From the IMG/VR virus record IMGVR_UViG_3300020109_000001, positions 1-61,169 of that record: a stretch of 61,169 bases of DNA, one strand, 5' to 3'. The translations under genes and the position numbers were made by a program. Every line of letters begins with the position of its first letter. The first letter of the stretch is position 1. The notes under the pieces are model-generated. The model had not been told where the DNA came from. It did not search any database and saw only the letters and a program-made list of their open reading frames with translations. This DNA is from a virus (taxonomy: Duplodnaviria > Caudoviricetes). Below, one piece after another: positions 26,613 through 35,931 of the stretch.

Positions 26613-27476
26613 TCAGATCGGCAGCGTATCCGGATCAACCACCGAAGCGCCTGATCCTTCGCCCATCTCAGCAACGTTCGCCTGAACCTTGTTGTCCTTC
26701 AGGGACTTCAGAAGTTCCAGACCAGCCCGCAGCTGATTCTCGTCATGGATCCAGCCCAAGTCTTTCACGTCATAGTTGAACCAGGACTGCGATCCACGCT
26801 CGCGGTATTTGGTGCTGACCGCATATTTCCGGAAGAACGCTGCGGCCTTGGTGCCATTCGGAAGCTTGAATTGCTTCATGGTGGCAGTCCATTGACGCGA
26901 CACGGTGTGGTTCGTGCCGGCCATCGGAATTACCAGGGGCATCGCACCGTCGTCCGTCAGAGCATAGCCGAAATGGTAGCGAGTATCCACCAGACGGTTG
27001 CCGTTGTCCCGGATCAGCATCTTCTTGTCCGGGTTCTCAGGGTCTTGAACTTCCTTGGTGTCTTCCGGCGGCGAATCGAAATCGAACTGACCGACAGGAA
27101 CACCTTCACCGACTTCACCCTGCCACTCGACCCAGACATGCTGGAAGCCACAAGGTTGGAAGATCATCGGCCCGTCCTGGGCGATGTTGATAACCTTCTG
27201 AATCGACCGAATGATCAGGTCGCCCGCCTGAGCACCATCGATGCGCTTCGAATGTCTCGCCTTCACCTCACCCGACTGATCCTGGAGAATCGCCAGAATC
27301 GGGATCATCGAGTCTTCTTGCTTCTCCGAATAGCCAAGATCGCCAACTTCGGCAACTTCGTCCATCAAGCCAGCGGGAAGCTGGAATCCACCTTCACTGG
27401 TCGCAGGCAGATTCGCTTCGTCCGAAATCTCAACGGTCTCAGCATCATTCTTTACAGCTGCTTTAGCCATAGTCAC
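26613..27476 (-). CDS. putative ssDNA-binding protein
   Basis: D..IP.L.ILQ..S..V; position in the replication module; acidic C-terminus ending DPDTLPI. Confidence 0.6.
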   Translation of the reverse strand: MTMAKAAVKNDAETVEISDEANLPATSEGGFQLPAGLMDEVAEVGDLGYSEKQEDSMIPILAILQDQSGEVKARHSKRIDGAQAGDLIIRSIQKVINIAQDGPMIFQPCGFQHVWVEWQGEVGEGVPVGQFDFDSPPEDTKEVQDPENPDKKMLIRDNGNRLVDTRYHFGYALTDDGAMPLVIPMAGTNHTVSRQWTATMKQFKLPNGTKAAAFFRKYAVSTKYRERGSQSWFNYDVKDLGWIHDENQLRAGLELLKSLKDNKVQANVAEMGEGSGASVVDPDTLPI

Positions 27477-28084
27477 TTCCTCACTTTGATTTTGACAATA
27501 TTACCGATCATGCCGCCGAGTTTCTCGAGATCTACAGCGACACCCTTCTTGTGCAACTCTTTGATCGTTGCAGTCAGAGTGTTCCAAGGAACGCTCTTCT
27601 TGACGGACGGAATCGGAATCTCCGTACCACCAAATTCGTCAATCTTCTCCGCCATCAGATTCAGCATCGCCACGACAGTCATCGCATGCGCATACTGATC
27701 TTTACTGAAGGAGAAGGTCACCTGTGTGCGAATAATATCCGACACACCCAGTTCTTCCAGATGCGCGAAAGCTGCATCCTGACGCTCGGGTTCCCATTCC
27801 GCAGAAATGTTCGCCTTCGCATAATCTTCGAGCACAATATCAACACCAGCACTCGCGAGACCGTGCTTGTCGACATCGAGGCTCAGCATGATATCCGGAA
27901 GCGTCTTGTGCTTCATCTCATGGATATCTTTATTCAGATTCTCGAGTTCCGATTCGAGAACCTTCTTCTTCTGTTCCAAAGCAACGAATTCTGCTGCCTT
28001 TTCCGAGAGGGTTTTGAGATCAGCGTCGCTCGCCACACCGCTGACGTCCTTAGCCTCTTCGGCTAATTCCTCGAAAATACCCAT
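27473..28084 (-). CDS. conserved replication-module protein (coiled coil; V..NTL.A.IKE)
   Basis: Long ORF, GGAG SD, own promoter. Confidence 0.7.
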   Translation of the reverse strand: MGIFEELAEEAKDVSGVASDADLKTLSEKAAEFVALEQKKKVLESELENLNKDIHEMKHKTLPDIMLSLDVDKHGLASAGVDIVLEDYAKANISAEWEPERQDAAFAHLEELGVSDIIRTQVTFSFSKDQYAHAMTVVAMLNLMAEKIDEFGGTEIPIPSVKKSVPWNTLTATIKELHKKGVAVDLEKLGGMIGNIVKIKVRK

Positions 28085-28116
28085 TGATGTCTCCGGATAA
28101 ACTTACTGGAAGCCCT

Positions 28117-28145
28117 ACTATAACCCGGCAAACGCTCGGGCGCTA
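28117..28145 (-). promoter_or_regulatory. promoter TAGCGC-N17-TATAGT for the replication operon
   Basis: ACTATA at 28117-28122, GCGCTA at 28140-28145. Confidence 0.7.
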
Positions 28146-28159
28146 CTAGCATTTTAAGC

Positions 28160-28495
28160 GGAAGTAATAAAGTAATAACCGAAAAACAATACCATCTAAT
28201 ACGCTGAAAAACCCTATAGTAAAATCATTATTGCTTTATTGGATTATTCGTCAGGTGTGATACACGTATATGCTCACACGTACGTATAGCACATGTGAGG
28301 AAAAACTAATAAAACAATAATAACCGAAAAGCAAGATACGCAACCCGTTGTAATAAAAGAAAAATCACATTATCGTTTTTATTATTGCTTCCGAAAAGTA
28401 AAATAATAAAGCAATAGGATTACGTGCCACAATGACGCTGGAATAGTGTGTGCGGGGGAGGCGACAAAGTTTCAAGTTCTCATATACGGGTGCAT
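28160..28495 (+). other. AT-rich non-coding element, copy A (candidate replication origin)
   Basis: Many TAATAA/TTATT words; colinear blocks shared with 59970-60280. Confidence 0.55.
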
Positions 28496-28506
28496 TAAGG
28501 CGACGC

Positions 28507-28535
28507 TTTTCTTCGGGCGTTTGTTAGGCTATACT
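28507..28535 (+). promoter_or_regulatory. promoter TTTTCT-N17-TATACT for the SNF2 helicase operon
   Basis: TTTTCT at 28507-28512, TATACT at 28530-28535. Confidence 0.65.
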
Positions 28536-28565
28536 AGGTGGACATTCTCCCCACGTGAGGTTAAC

Positions 28566-30041
28566 ATGCTCTACGAGTTCAAGACCAAACCCTATGAGCA
28601 CCAGAAGACTGCTCTTCGTAAGTCAGGGATTCTGGACCGTCGCCCCCGCCCCGCCTATGCATGGCTGATGGAAATGGGTACCGGAAAGTCGAAAGTCGAC
28701 TGTGATGAGACAGGGATCATGTATTCCTGTGGACTGCTTGATGCATGGGTGATTTGGGCTCCGAAAGGTGTGTACAACAACTGGATCAAGACATCTGGCG
28801 AACTCGAGACACATATGGCGATTCCCTATGTCGCAGCCAAATGGGAAGCGGGGGGCGGCAACAGTAAGAACAAGCGTGCGCTCGAGAAGCTTCTCTCCCC
28901 CGCCAATTCTCTGAGAATCCTGGTTATCAACATCGAGTCCGTGTCCTCGGGCAAGAAAGCACTCGAGTATGTGAAGCGTTTCATTGAGTCATGCTCCAAG
29001 AACCCCGAAGGAAAATACAAGGTGAAGATGTCTGTCGACGAAGCCACAAGGATCAAGAACCCTGAGGCACAGCGCACCATCAACATCATCAATCTCGGGA
29101 AGCTATGTGCATTCAGACGCATCCTGACCGGCTCTCCGATCACCAAGAATCCTCTGGATGCGTATGGGCAGTTCACGTTCCTTGATCCGAAGATTCTGGG
29201 TCACAACAGCTGGTTCTCGTTCCGTGCGCGTTACGCGGTCATGCAGGAGCGTCACTTTGGTACGCGGAAAGCCAAGGTGATTGTCGGCTTCCGAAATCAG
29301 GAAGAACTGAAGGATAAGATACAACATCACAGTTATCGTGTTCTAAAAGAAGATTGTCTCGATCTCCCCGAGAAAGTCTATCAGATGCGAGAAGTAGAAC
29401 TGACGGATGAACAGATGTCGGTCTACACTCAGATGCGAGATCAGGCCTTCGCAGAATTCAAGGGCGGTTTCACTTCTGCTCAAAACGCAATCACCATCTT
29501 GATGAAACTCCAGCAGATCGTATGTGGTCACGTAAAGGATGCAGAGGGAAATGTTCACCGACTCTCAACAAACAGAATCGATGCTCTTCTCGAAACTATT
29601 GAGGAGACATCGTCCGACTGTATTATCTGGTCTCGATACCGTGAAGATATTGATCGGATTGTCGAAGCGGTCAAAAAGGAGTATGGCGACAACTCTATTG
29701 CGCAATTTCACGGCGGCAACACCCGCACAAGAGATTCTGAAGCCACTCGATTTATCACAGAAAAAGAATGCCGCTTCATCGTCTCAACCCAACAATCAGG
29801 TGGCTTCGGCAACACCTGGCTCAATGGAAGACAGACAATTTTCTATTCCAATTCAGAGGATTTGGAACACCGTCTCCAGTCGGAAGATCGTCCGCACCGG
29901 GCAGGGCAACGTGAGACTTGTTTTTACACAGACTTGGTTACACCAGGCACGATCCAAGTGAAGATGCTGAAGAGTTTCCGTAACAAGATGGATATCGCCA
30001 GCACGATTCTGGGTGATGATCCGAGGGAGTGGTTGCTATGA
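28566..30041 (+). CDS. SNF2-family helicase
   Basis: PYEHQ, MEMGTGKS, VDEATRIKN, LTGSPI, KLQQI..GH, QSEDRPHRAGQ; GAGGT SD before ATG 28566. Confidence 0.95.
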   Translation: MLYEFKTKPYEHQKTALRKSGILDRRPRPAYAWLMEMGTGKSKVDCDETGIMYSCGLLDAWVIWAPKGVYNNWIKTSGELETHMAIPYVAAKWEAGGGNSKNKRALEKLLSPANSLRILVINIESVSSGKKALEYVKRFIESCSKNPEGKYKVKMSVDEATRIKNPEAQRTINIINLGKLCAFRRILTGSPITKNPLDAYGQFTFLDPKILGHNSWFSFRARYAVMQERHFGTRKAKVIVGFRNQEELKDKIQHHSYRVLKEDCLDLPEKVYQMREVELTDEQMSVYTQMRDQAFAEFKGGFTSAQNAITILMKLQQIVCGHVKDAEGNVHRLSTNRIDALLETIEETSSDCIIWSRYREDIDRIVEAVKKEYGDNSIAQFHGGNTRTRDSEATRFITEKECRFIVSTQQSGGFGNTWLNGRQTIFYSNSEDLEHRLQSEDRPHRAGQRETCFYTDLVTPGTIQVKMLKSFRNKMDIASTILGDDPREWLL

Positions 30042-30211
30042 GTCTCGATCTCTCAAAAGAAATTGAAGAACACGCTGAACGTGTCTGTGAACACTGTGGT
30101 ACTTGGACTCGGAAGAAATTCCAGTCATGTTGGAAATGTGGTCTCTGGGAAGGTGTTACATATGAAAGAACTGGTGGACATCAGCATAAGGATAACCGAC
30201 TGGATGCCTAG
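30038..30211 (+). CDS. small zinc-ribbon protein (CEHC...CWKC)
   Basis: Two CxxC motifs; ATGA overlap. Confidence 0.55.
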   Translation: MSLDLSKEIEEHAERVCEHCGTWTRKKFQSCWKCGLWEGVTYERTGGHQHKDNRLDA

Positions 30212-30527
30212 AGTATATCAAAAAGTAACCGTCACTGTGACAGATGATCATATCTGTGCAGCATTCAACGAACTCGAACTCGAGGTTGAAACGGAGGTTT
30301 CTGCGACTCCCCGCTCCTTCCCTCATGATTATGAACCTTGGACAGAATACCATGATTTGGAAGTTGGTTATCCTATGACCATCAACGGCGAGGATTGGTC
30401 AGAGTTCGAAGTTCGAGAGAGGGTGGTCCCGGCGCAGTTGAAACAACTCGAGCAACTCTTGTTCAATGCAGTAGACAATGATGCGTGGCCAGCGGGGGAG
30501 GAAGGATATGACCCAGACGGATATTGA
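30204..30527 (+). CDS. hypothetical acidic protein (107 aa, MPRVYQKV...)
   Basis: TAAGGA SD. Confidence 0.6.
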   Translation: MPRVYQKVTVTVTDDHICAAFNELELEVETEVSATPRSFPHDYEPWTEYHDLEVGYPMTINGEDWSEFEVRERVVPAQLKQLEQLLFNAVDNDAWPAGEEGYDPDGY

Positions 30528-31152
30528 GGGCATCGGTTCATACTTCCAGAAACAGGGCTATCAAAAGAAACAAGGACACTACCTCGATGTTGAGAAGGTC
30601 ATCCAGATATTCGCCATGCTTTCCTGCGATGTACCTGTCTACGAGATTGGAAAGCATTTCGCAGTCTCCTCTCAAATGGTCTACCACATCAAGAACGGAA
30701 CTCGGTGGTCCTGGGTCCGAGACAAACTCTTGGAACCCACTAACGATACTCGAATTCGCCATGAATGGGTGCCTGATCCGAAGAGGAAAGGGAAGTACGT
30801 ATGCAACGAATGTGGCGTGAGGTATGACCAACTGGTAATGTTTGCGAAATGTCCCGTTCGAGAAAAGCAGGACGATGCACCAATCTACCTGACTTGGAAA
30901 ATGCCTGAGCCCAAGAAGCCACAGTACAAGATTGCGATGCCTGGTGCCAACCTGAAGCGTATGCGGCAATACAAAAAGAAAGAGCAGAAGCTGAAGGAAG
31001 AGTTTGATGCCAAGAAGAATCGGAAAAGGGCTCGTGATGCTGAGAAGGAAGCCAAGCGCCAACAACTGTTGGCAGAGGTTGCTGCTCTTCGTCTTCGTAA
31101 CCAACTCGCCGAAATTGCCACAGGTAAAAATCAGGCCGTAGGCGGGCGGTAA
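30508..31152 (+). CDS. HTH plus zinc-ribbon plus basic coiled-coil protein (putative regulator)
   Basis: YEIGKHFAVSSQMVYHIKNG.RW helix-turn-helix; H.W...YVCNECG; GAGGAAGG SD. Confidence 0.65.
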   Translation: MTQTDIEGIGSYFQKQGYQKKQGHYLDVEKVIQIFAMLSCDVPVYEIGKHFAVSSQMVYHIKNGTRWSWVRDKLLEPTNDTRIRHEWVPDPKRKGKYVCNECGVRYDQLVMFAKCPVREKQDDAPIYLTWKMPEPKKPQYKIAMPGANLKRMRQYKKKEQKLKEEFDAKKNRKRARDAEKEAKRQQLLAEVAALRLRNQLAEIATGKNQAVGGR

Positions 31153-31213
31153 CGCGGGCCGCTATACGGGTAGCGCGGCGCTTTGACCAAGGACTAGAAC
31201 AGCTGCTCAGCGC
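31131..31213 (+). repeat. composite dispersed element, copy 3
   Basis: TCAG 31131, GGCGGGCG 31141, GCTATACGGGTAGC 31161, GCTGCTCAG 31202. Confidence 0.7.
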
Positions 31214-31277
31214 CTCCAGCGGTTAAGAAAATAACTAGGCGGGCGGTTATAGGCGGCGGGGCGCGGTACAGGGCGTG

Positions 31278-31316
31278 AAAATGAAAATGGGCCAGGGTTT
31301 GATCCCCGGCCCATTT
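31278..31316 (-). terminator. intrinsic terminator of the late operon (possibly bidirectional)
   Basis: AAATGGGCC...GGCCCATTT then TCATTTT, between convergent operons. Confidence 0.75.
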
Positions 31317-31317
31317 G

Positions 31318-31692
31318 TTATTTCAACAGTTTCCCAATCTTCTGACCTTCTTTGAAGGCTTCCAGACCATTCTCTACGACAGCCGCTACCTGTTTCTCCT
31401 TGGTAGGTGTCAGCACATACGGCCGAGGGATTTGTCCAGTGAAGGTTCCTCGGTTGTACGCGAACAGTAGCAGGTAGAGAGGTGTCAGCTTTCGAATGAC
31501 CTCAGAGATCATTTCAGCACTGATGTCTGCTCCGAATGCTGAAAGAACATAGACAATTGACTCGGCGACAGGACCACCCTGGTCAGAACCAAAGGTGGTG
31601 AAGACGAATTCAATTGCTGCAAGGATCGTTGGGAAAAGTCCCGTCCACCAACTTGCAGTCTTGGCGAACCAAATAGGAATGATTGTTTTCAT
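31318..31692 (-). CDS. membrane protein after the endolysin (holin-like)
   Basis: W.....WW plus hydrophobic segments; lysis context; start ATG 31692. Confidence 0.6.
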   Translation of the reverse strand: MKTIIPIWFAKTASWWTGLFPTILAAIEFVFTTFGSDQGGPVAESIVYVLSAFGADISAEMISEVIRKLTPLYLLLFAYNRGTFTGQIPRPYVLTPTKEKQVAAVVENGLEAFKEGQKIGKLLK

Positions 31693-31693
31693 T

Positions 31694-32365
31694 TCAGGCC
31701 TCATTCGTTGACAGTTTTCCAGAAGCATCTGCAAACACAACACTTCCACTCACTTCCCGCTCCAACGGCCAGCGTGACTGTAGAAGACGGTTCTTGGCGA
31801 TGCGCGTGATCGTCACAGCATCAGATTGGTTCCCACCGAGAACATGGTATGCGCTGCTGTCCTCAGCATAGTAAAATCCAACATGACCCTGCCAACCTTT
31901 CGGACTCCCCCGCCAGAATGTGAGAACTGACCCACGGCGGGGGGAGACGGGTTGCCCGAACGCCCCCCACTGTCGTGCTCCGAGAGGATTCTCAGGAAGC
32001 TTGATATCTGGATTCCATTTCCTGAAGCAGGTGGCAACGAATGCGCCGCACCAGGGAATCTCTTTGGGATTGATCCATTGAACAGACTTGTCGAACCACT
32101 GCTTCAGGGTGGTGTAGTTTTTCCGTTCATGTAGACCCTTGACCAGAAGAGCCTCGGACATCCAAGGTTCTTCTTTGGTTGAATGTGCAATCTTCATCAG
32201 GGCTTCATGGGTCAGAGGCCCATAATAATCCCTCGCGACAAAGCCGATAGATTTCTTGAACGCTACGATGGCTTGATTGGTGAGGGGACCACGGTCCCCG
32301 TCAACTTTACCACTGTAGAAGCCCAAATCTTTCAGGCGTTGTTGGATTGCTTTCCAATCATACAT
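31694..32365 (-). CDS. endolysin: peptidoglycan-binding domain plus TIGR02594-like (NlpC/P60/CHAP) peptidase
   Basis: IQQRL..LG.Y.G.VDG..GP.T..AI..F; PWCGAFV; GHVGFY; VLGGNQSD. Confidence 0.9.
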   Translation of the reverse strand: MYDWKAIQQRLKDLGFYSGKVDGDRGPLTNQAIVAFKKSIGFVARDYYGPLTHEALMKIAHSTKEEPWMSEALLVKGLHERKNYTTLKQWFDKSVQWINPKEIPWCGAFVATCFRKWNPDIKLPENPLGARQWGAFGQPVSPRRGSVLTFWRGSPKGWQGHVGFYYAEDSSAYHVLGGNQSDAVTITRIAKNRLLQSRWPLEREVSGSVVFADASGKLSTNEA

Positions 32366-32841
32366 TATTCCATCTCCTCTCTTGGAAAGATAGAGAACAT
32401 GTTGCTTGTTGTGCAGACCACTTTATCAGGAAGCAATCCACCGAAAGGTCGGATCACTGTCCAACACACTTCGGCGTAATACTTACCAACAGGAAGTCGA
32501 CCACACCATTCATCGTCAGCCCATTGTGTGATTGGGGCTTCATGAGGCTCAAACAAGCCACCTCGATATCGCAAATTATCAGAACCACCACAAGTCATGT
32601 GACCATCAGGTGGATCTTTCCAGATACTCACTGAGTACATTCCATCAAAGCTTCTGTGGATTGTTCGAGTGATCGAGACGATTGGTTCTTCCCCAACTTG
32701 AGCATCTGAGATGGAGATTCGACCAGGCTCATACCACCATGTTGCGGGGACCAGCCAAGCTGCTGTATAGAGCACGAGTGCAATTGGAAAAACGAAGAAC
32801 CACATGATGACTCGTATAGATCGCCTATCAGTTGGGCTCAT
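32365..32841 (-). CDS. membrane-anchored lysis-region protein (158 aa, MSPTDRRS...)
   Basis: N-terminal TM helix; GGGAG SD; ATGA overlap. Confidence 0.6.
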   Translation of the reverse strand: MSPTDRRSIRVIMWFFVFPIALVLYTAAWLVPATWWYEPGRISISDAQVGEEPIVSITRTIHRSFDGMYSVSIWKDPPDGHMTCGGSDNLRYRGGLFEPHEAPITQWADDEWCGRLPVGKYYAEVCWTVIRPFGGLLPDKVVCTTSNMFSIFPREEME

Positions 32842-33098
32842 TGGCCTGCTCCCATGAATTCCTTGAACTTGTCCCATATCGATTGTCCTTGGCTCATTAG
32901 AAGAATGATTGCTGCAAGGAAAGCCAGAAGTCGCTTTCCCATCCATCCTGCTGTCTCAAACCATTGAACGAGTTCACCGGCACGTTTGAGTTGGGCAATT
33001 TCCTCTGCTGAAAATGGACATGGTTCATTGACTTTTTCTAGTCTGGCGGCTATTCTCTCAAGCGACCTCGCTAGTTCTATGATGTTTGGCTCAGTCAT
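32838..33098 (-). CDS. small membrane protein (holin/antiholin-like, 86 aa)
   Basis: Coiled coil plus C-terminal TM helix; lysis context. Confidence 0.6.
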   Translation of the reverse strand: MTEPNIIELARSLERIAARLEKVNEPCPFSAEEIAQLKRAGELVQWFETAGWMGKRLLAFLAAIILLMSQGQSIWDKFKEFMGAGQ

Positions 33099-33155
33099 TT
33101 TTCCACCCTCGGGGATCGGCGCTCTCGCGATGGTGCGAAAGCGCCGGAAGTCAGG

Positions 33156-35921
33156 TCAGGCAGGGACCGTGTAGATCGGCTTGCCGTTCGTGATGACCAG
33201 ACCGGGCGGGAGGATCGCACCATTGTCTACGAAGGTGTAGCCCGGCCCGGTCAGGTCGTGGACGGAACCCGCAACCGCCGCACCCTTCTCAACCTCGATG
33301 ATACTGCCCGCGTCCAGTGTCACCGTGACGTTGACTGTCGAGGCTGGGGTGGACCAGTCCTCCTGGATGCGCTCCAGCTTGGGCATCGCCGCCGTCAGAG
33401 AGGTCGTGGTCGTGACAGCATCGAAGTGACGGAAGCGCATGATGCCGCCGGACTGGACCTTTAGAGCAGCCGTGCCGCTGCCCTTGTGACCGATATAGCC
33501 CTGCTTGCCGATCCTGATGTCTAGCACCTTGCCATTGCTGACGGTGTAGTCTGGTCCAAGGAACACCTGTGCATATTGGTCATCAATGATCAGATCTTTG
33601 CCCGAGATGGGGCAGTCGAACACCAGCCGGCCCTGGGTGACGAGGAACGTCGGGACGTTGGTGGCGGTCTTGATGTAAAGCTGACCGGAAACGTCCCTGA
33701 CGCGAACCACGTCGATGTTGTTGAGGGTGTCGGCGGTCAGACGACCCGAGACACATTCCAGCAGCGCAGCGCCTTCACCGTCCACCGTCGCCAGTTCAGA
33801 CGTGACTTCCCCGAAGCGCGTCGTGGCCCCGCGAAGCTGCACGCTGTCCTTGTAGACCGTGCCCGGCACCATCTCCGTCAGCCAGTTGCGGCGATCCGCC
33901 CACAGCACGCCAGAGAAGCGCCGGTTCGGCTGGAACACGTCAGTCGTCGCTGCCGTGCGCGGGGCGCGGTAAAGCCCCGGCCAAGGTTCGCGGAAATACT
34001 GCTGGAACAGGCGGCGCTGCTCTTCCCGCTGCGCAGGCGTGAGGGTCCGCAGCCAGTCGAAATAGGCGTGAATTTTATCGCCCTCTTCGACGCCCGTCAG
34101 GTCCATCTGCGTGGCGGCGAAACGCTGGATTGTGGTTTCATCCAGGACCGCAGGGTCCGCACCCTTGGCAATCGCGTTGTCGGGGTTGCTTATCCAAGTG
34201 GGCGTTACCCAATCCCAGAAGCAGTTGTCGTGGGGCTGGGCATATTCGGTATCAGAGCCATAGTTGAACGCGAAGGCCATCTGCTCCTTGCCCTGGTTGG
34301 TCAGTTTTTCCACCCGCTCCGCCGCGTCATCCGGGTTTGCCCAGTGCATGACGATGTTTTCAAACGCCTCCGGATCGCTCCCGTCGAGGGAGAAGCCGAA
34401 ATTGACCGCAGCCGGTCGCATGTTTGATGCTACGCGCTTATACCCACCGGACGTCAGGATGTTGCCGACAAACGAAATATAATTCCCCATGCGACCCACT
34501 GAATTGATGTCGGTTACTGGGTCTTTGCTGGTGCCGGGCGCGTTGCCGAAGACATTGGCCTCTGCCAGCACGTTATCTTCCACGATCCCGCCCGGTCGAA
34601 TTTGGATCGCATGAGACGAACCGCGCGTGACCCAGTTGCGCCGAAGCGTGGCGTTCGCATGGTTGTGCTGGATATAGAAGTTATGGGCCAGGGCAGTCGG
34701 CGGGACGGGGAGGAAAGTGGTCGGGTCCGCAGGATCGGCAAAAATCCTGTTGGTCAGGTCATACCCGCGCTCCCATCCTCCCATATCAGGATAGCTTTCC
34801 AAGCACAGGAAGCTGTCCAGCGTCTCGGTGTAGACGCTCGCGTGGTGCTTGGCTCCGCCACTGCCCCAATTGTTGTTGGCAAGCTGCGTCGAGTTTGCAT
34901 CAGCGGGCAGAGGATGTGCGTCGAACGAGCCGCACCGATACATCGTCTTGTGGCCGCCGCCTTGAAGGTAGAAGCCACCGCGATACCTCAGCCTTTCTTT
35001 GTGACCCCACACATCGACGTGGCTGTAAATGGCACTAAAGGCCGAAAGGTTCCAGATGTAGGGGCAATCCACGTTCTGCTGGCAAATCCAGTTGCCCGTT
35101 ACGCGGTCTTGAAACTGCGCTGCACCGGTATGGTTGATGAACGGGCGAGTGCCGGTCCCGTAGCTGGTAATCAGAACCGGGTGGAACGGGCTTTCGCCTG
35201 AAGTGTGATCTGGGATGAAGTTTCCGCCAGATGGGTGACGGAAGTCCGAATAATCAAACCCGGCCTCAATAACGAGCCAGTTTGACTCGAAGAAGCGGCC
35301 ATTTCCGCCCCGGGTCTTGAGAAGGTTCGACCACAATGCAGCGGCCGTTTCGAAAGCCAGCGGCTTGTTCTCGGACTTGCCGTAGATACCATTATCCCTG
35401 ATCCAGGTGTCGGTGATCGAGGACAAGGCCACGCCCAATTCAGTGGCGATGTCCTGCTTGGTATATCCACCCTTGCCGCTCACATCATTGCGGGGACGGC
35501 GGGTCGCGAAATACTTGTGCCCAGACCGCCCTTTCTCGAACGCGACCATGCCGGTCGTCTTGTCGATCGGCAGCATGTAGTTGATGCCCTTGGCATGGCC
35601 CCGGTATTGCCGACGCGGCACCAGGTTGATCTTGACCGGTGTTCCGGTGTCCGTCTCGCCCGTCAGTTCGGTGACCGTGTTGAAGTCCGGCAGATCAGAG
35701 AGGACGACATAGGTGCCGCCCTCCTCGGCAGGCACCACATGGCCTTGGGAGATCGAGGCAATGGTTTCGGGCACCAGGACAGTCTTGCCGTCCCAGGCCG
35801 TGATCGTGATTTCCTCGCTGGGCGCAGGCTCATTGCCCCAATCCGCCCTGGTCTTGGTCACGCCGCGATGCCGCTTCGTGACGGTCCGGCCATTGAGATA
35901 AGGTCCAAACTTACGGGTCAT
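33156..35921 (-). CDS. large receptor-binding / tailspike-like protein, probably right-handed beta-helix
   Basis: PVLITSYGTG.RP, HNFYIQ, IQIRPGG.VEDN pectate-lyase-like motifs; end of the tail module; higher GC. Confidence 0.65.
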   Translation of the reverse strand: MTRKFGPYLNGRTVTKRHRGVTKTRADWGNEPAPSEEITITAWDGKTVLVPETIASISQGHVVPAEEGGTYVVLSDLPDFNTVTELTGETDTGTPVKINLVPRRQYRGHAKGINYMLPIDKTTGMVAFEKGRSGHKYFATRRPRNDVSGKGGYTKQDIATELGVALSSITDTWIRDNGIYGKSENKPLAFETAAALWSNLLKTRGGNGRFFESNWLVIEAGFDYSDFRHPSGGNFIPDHTSGESPFHPVLITSYGTGTRPFINHTGAAQFQDRVTGNWICQQNVDCPYIWNLSAFSAIYSHVDVWGHKERLRYRGGFYLQGGGHKTMYRCGSFDAHPLPADANSTQLANNNWGSGGAKHHASVYTETLDSFLCLESYPDMGGWERGYDLTNRIFADPADPTTFLPVPPTALAHNFYIQHNHANATLRRNWVTRGSSHAIQIRPGGIVEDNVLAEANVFGNAPGTSKDPVTDINSVGRMGNYISFVGNILTSGGYKRVASNMRPAAVNFGFSLDGSDPEAFENIVMHWANPDDAAERVEKLTNQGKEQMAFAFNYGSDTEYAQPHDNCFWDWVTPTWISNPDNAIAKGADPAVLDETTIQRFAATQMDLTGVEEGDKIHAYFDWLRTLTPAQREEQRRLFQQYFREPWPGLYRAPRTAATTDVFQPNRRFSGVLWADRRNWLTEMVPGTVYKDSVQLRGATTRFGEVTSELATVDGEGAALLECVSGRLTADTLNNIDVVRVRDVSGQLYIKTATNVPTFLVTQGRLVFDCPISGKDLIIDDQYAQVFLGPDYTVSNGKVLDIRIGKQGYIGHKGSGTAALKVQSGGIMRFRHFDAVTTTTSLTAAMPKLERIQEDWSTPASTVNVTVTLDAGSIIEVEKGAAVAGSVHDLTGPGYTFVDNGAILPPGLVITNGKPIYTVPA

Positions 35922-35931
35922 GTCATGATCC

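Noticed and set aside
28446-28565. Extended N-termini from the ORF track (also 8961-9782, 18794-19696, 22918-24468, 14094-14615, 51380-51940)
   Set aside because: Downstream ATGs have better SD sites and avoid long overlaps with neighbouring genes or promoters.
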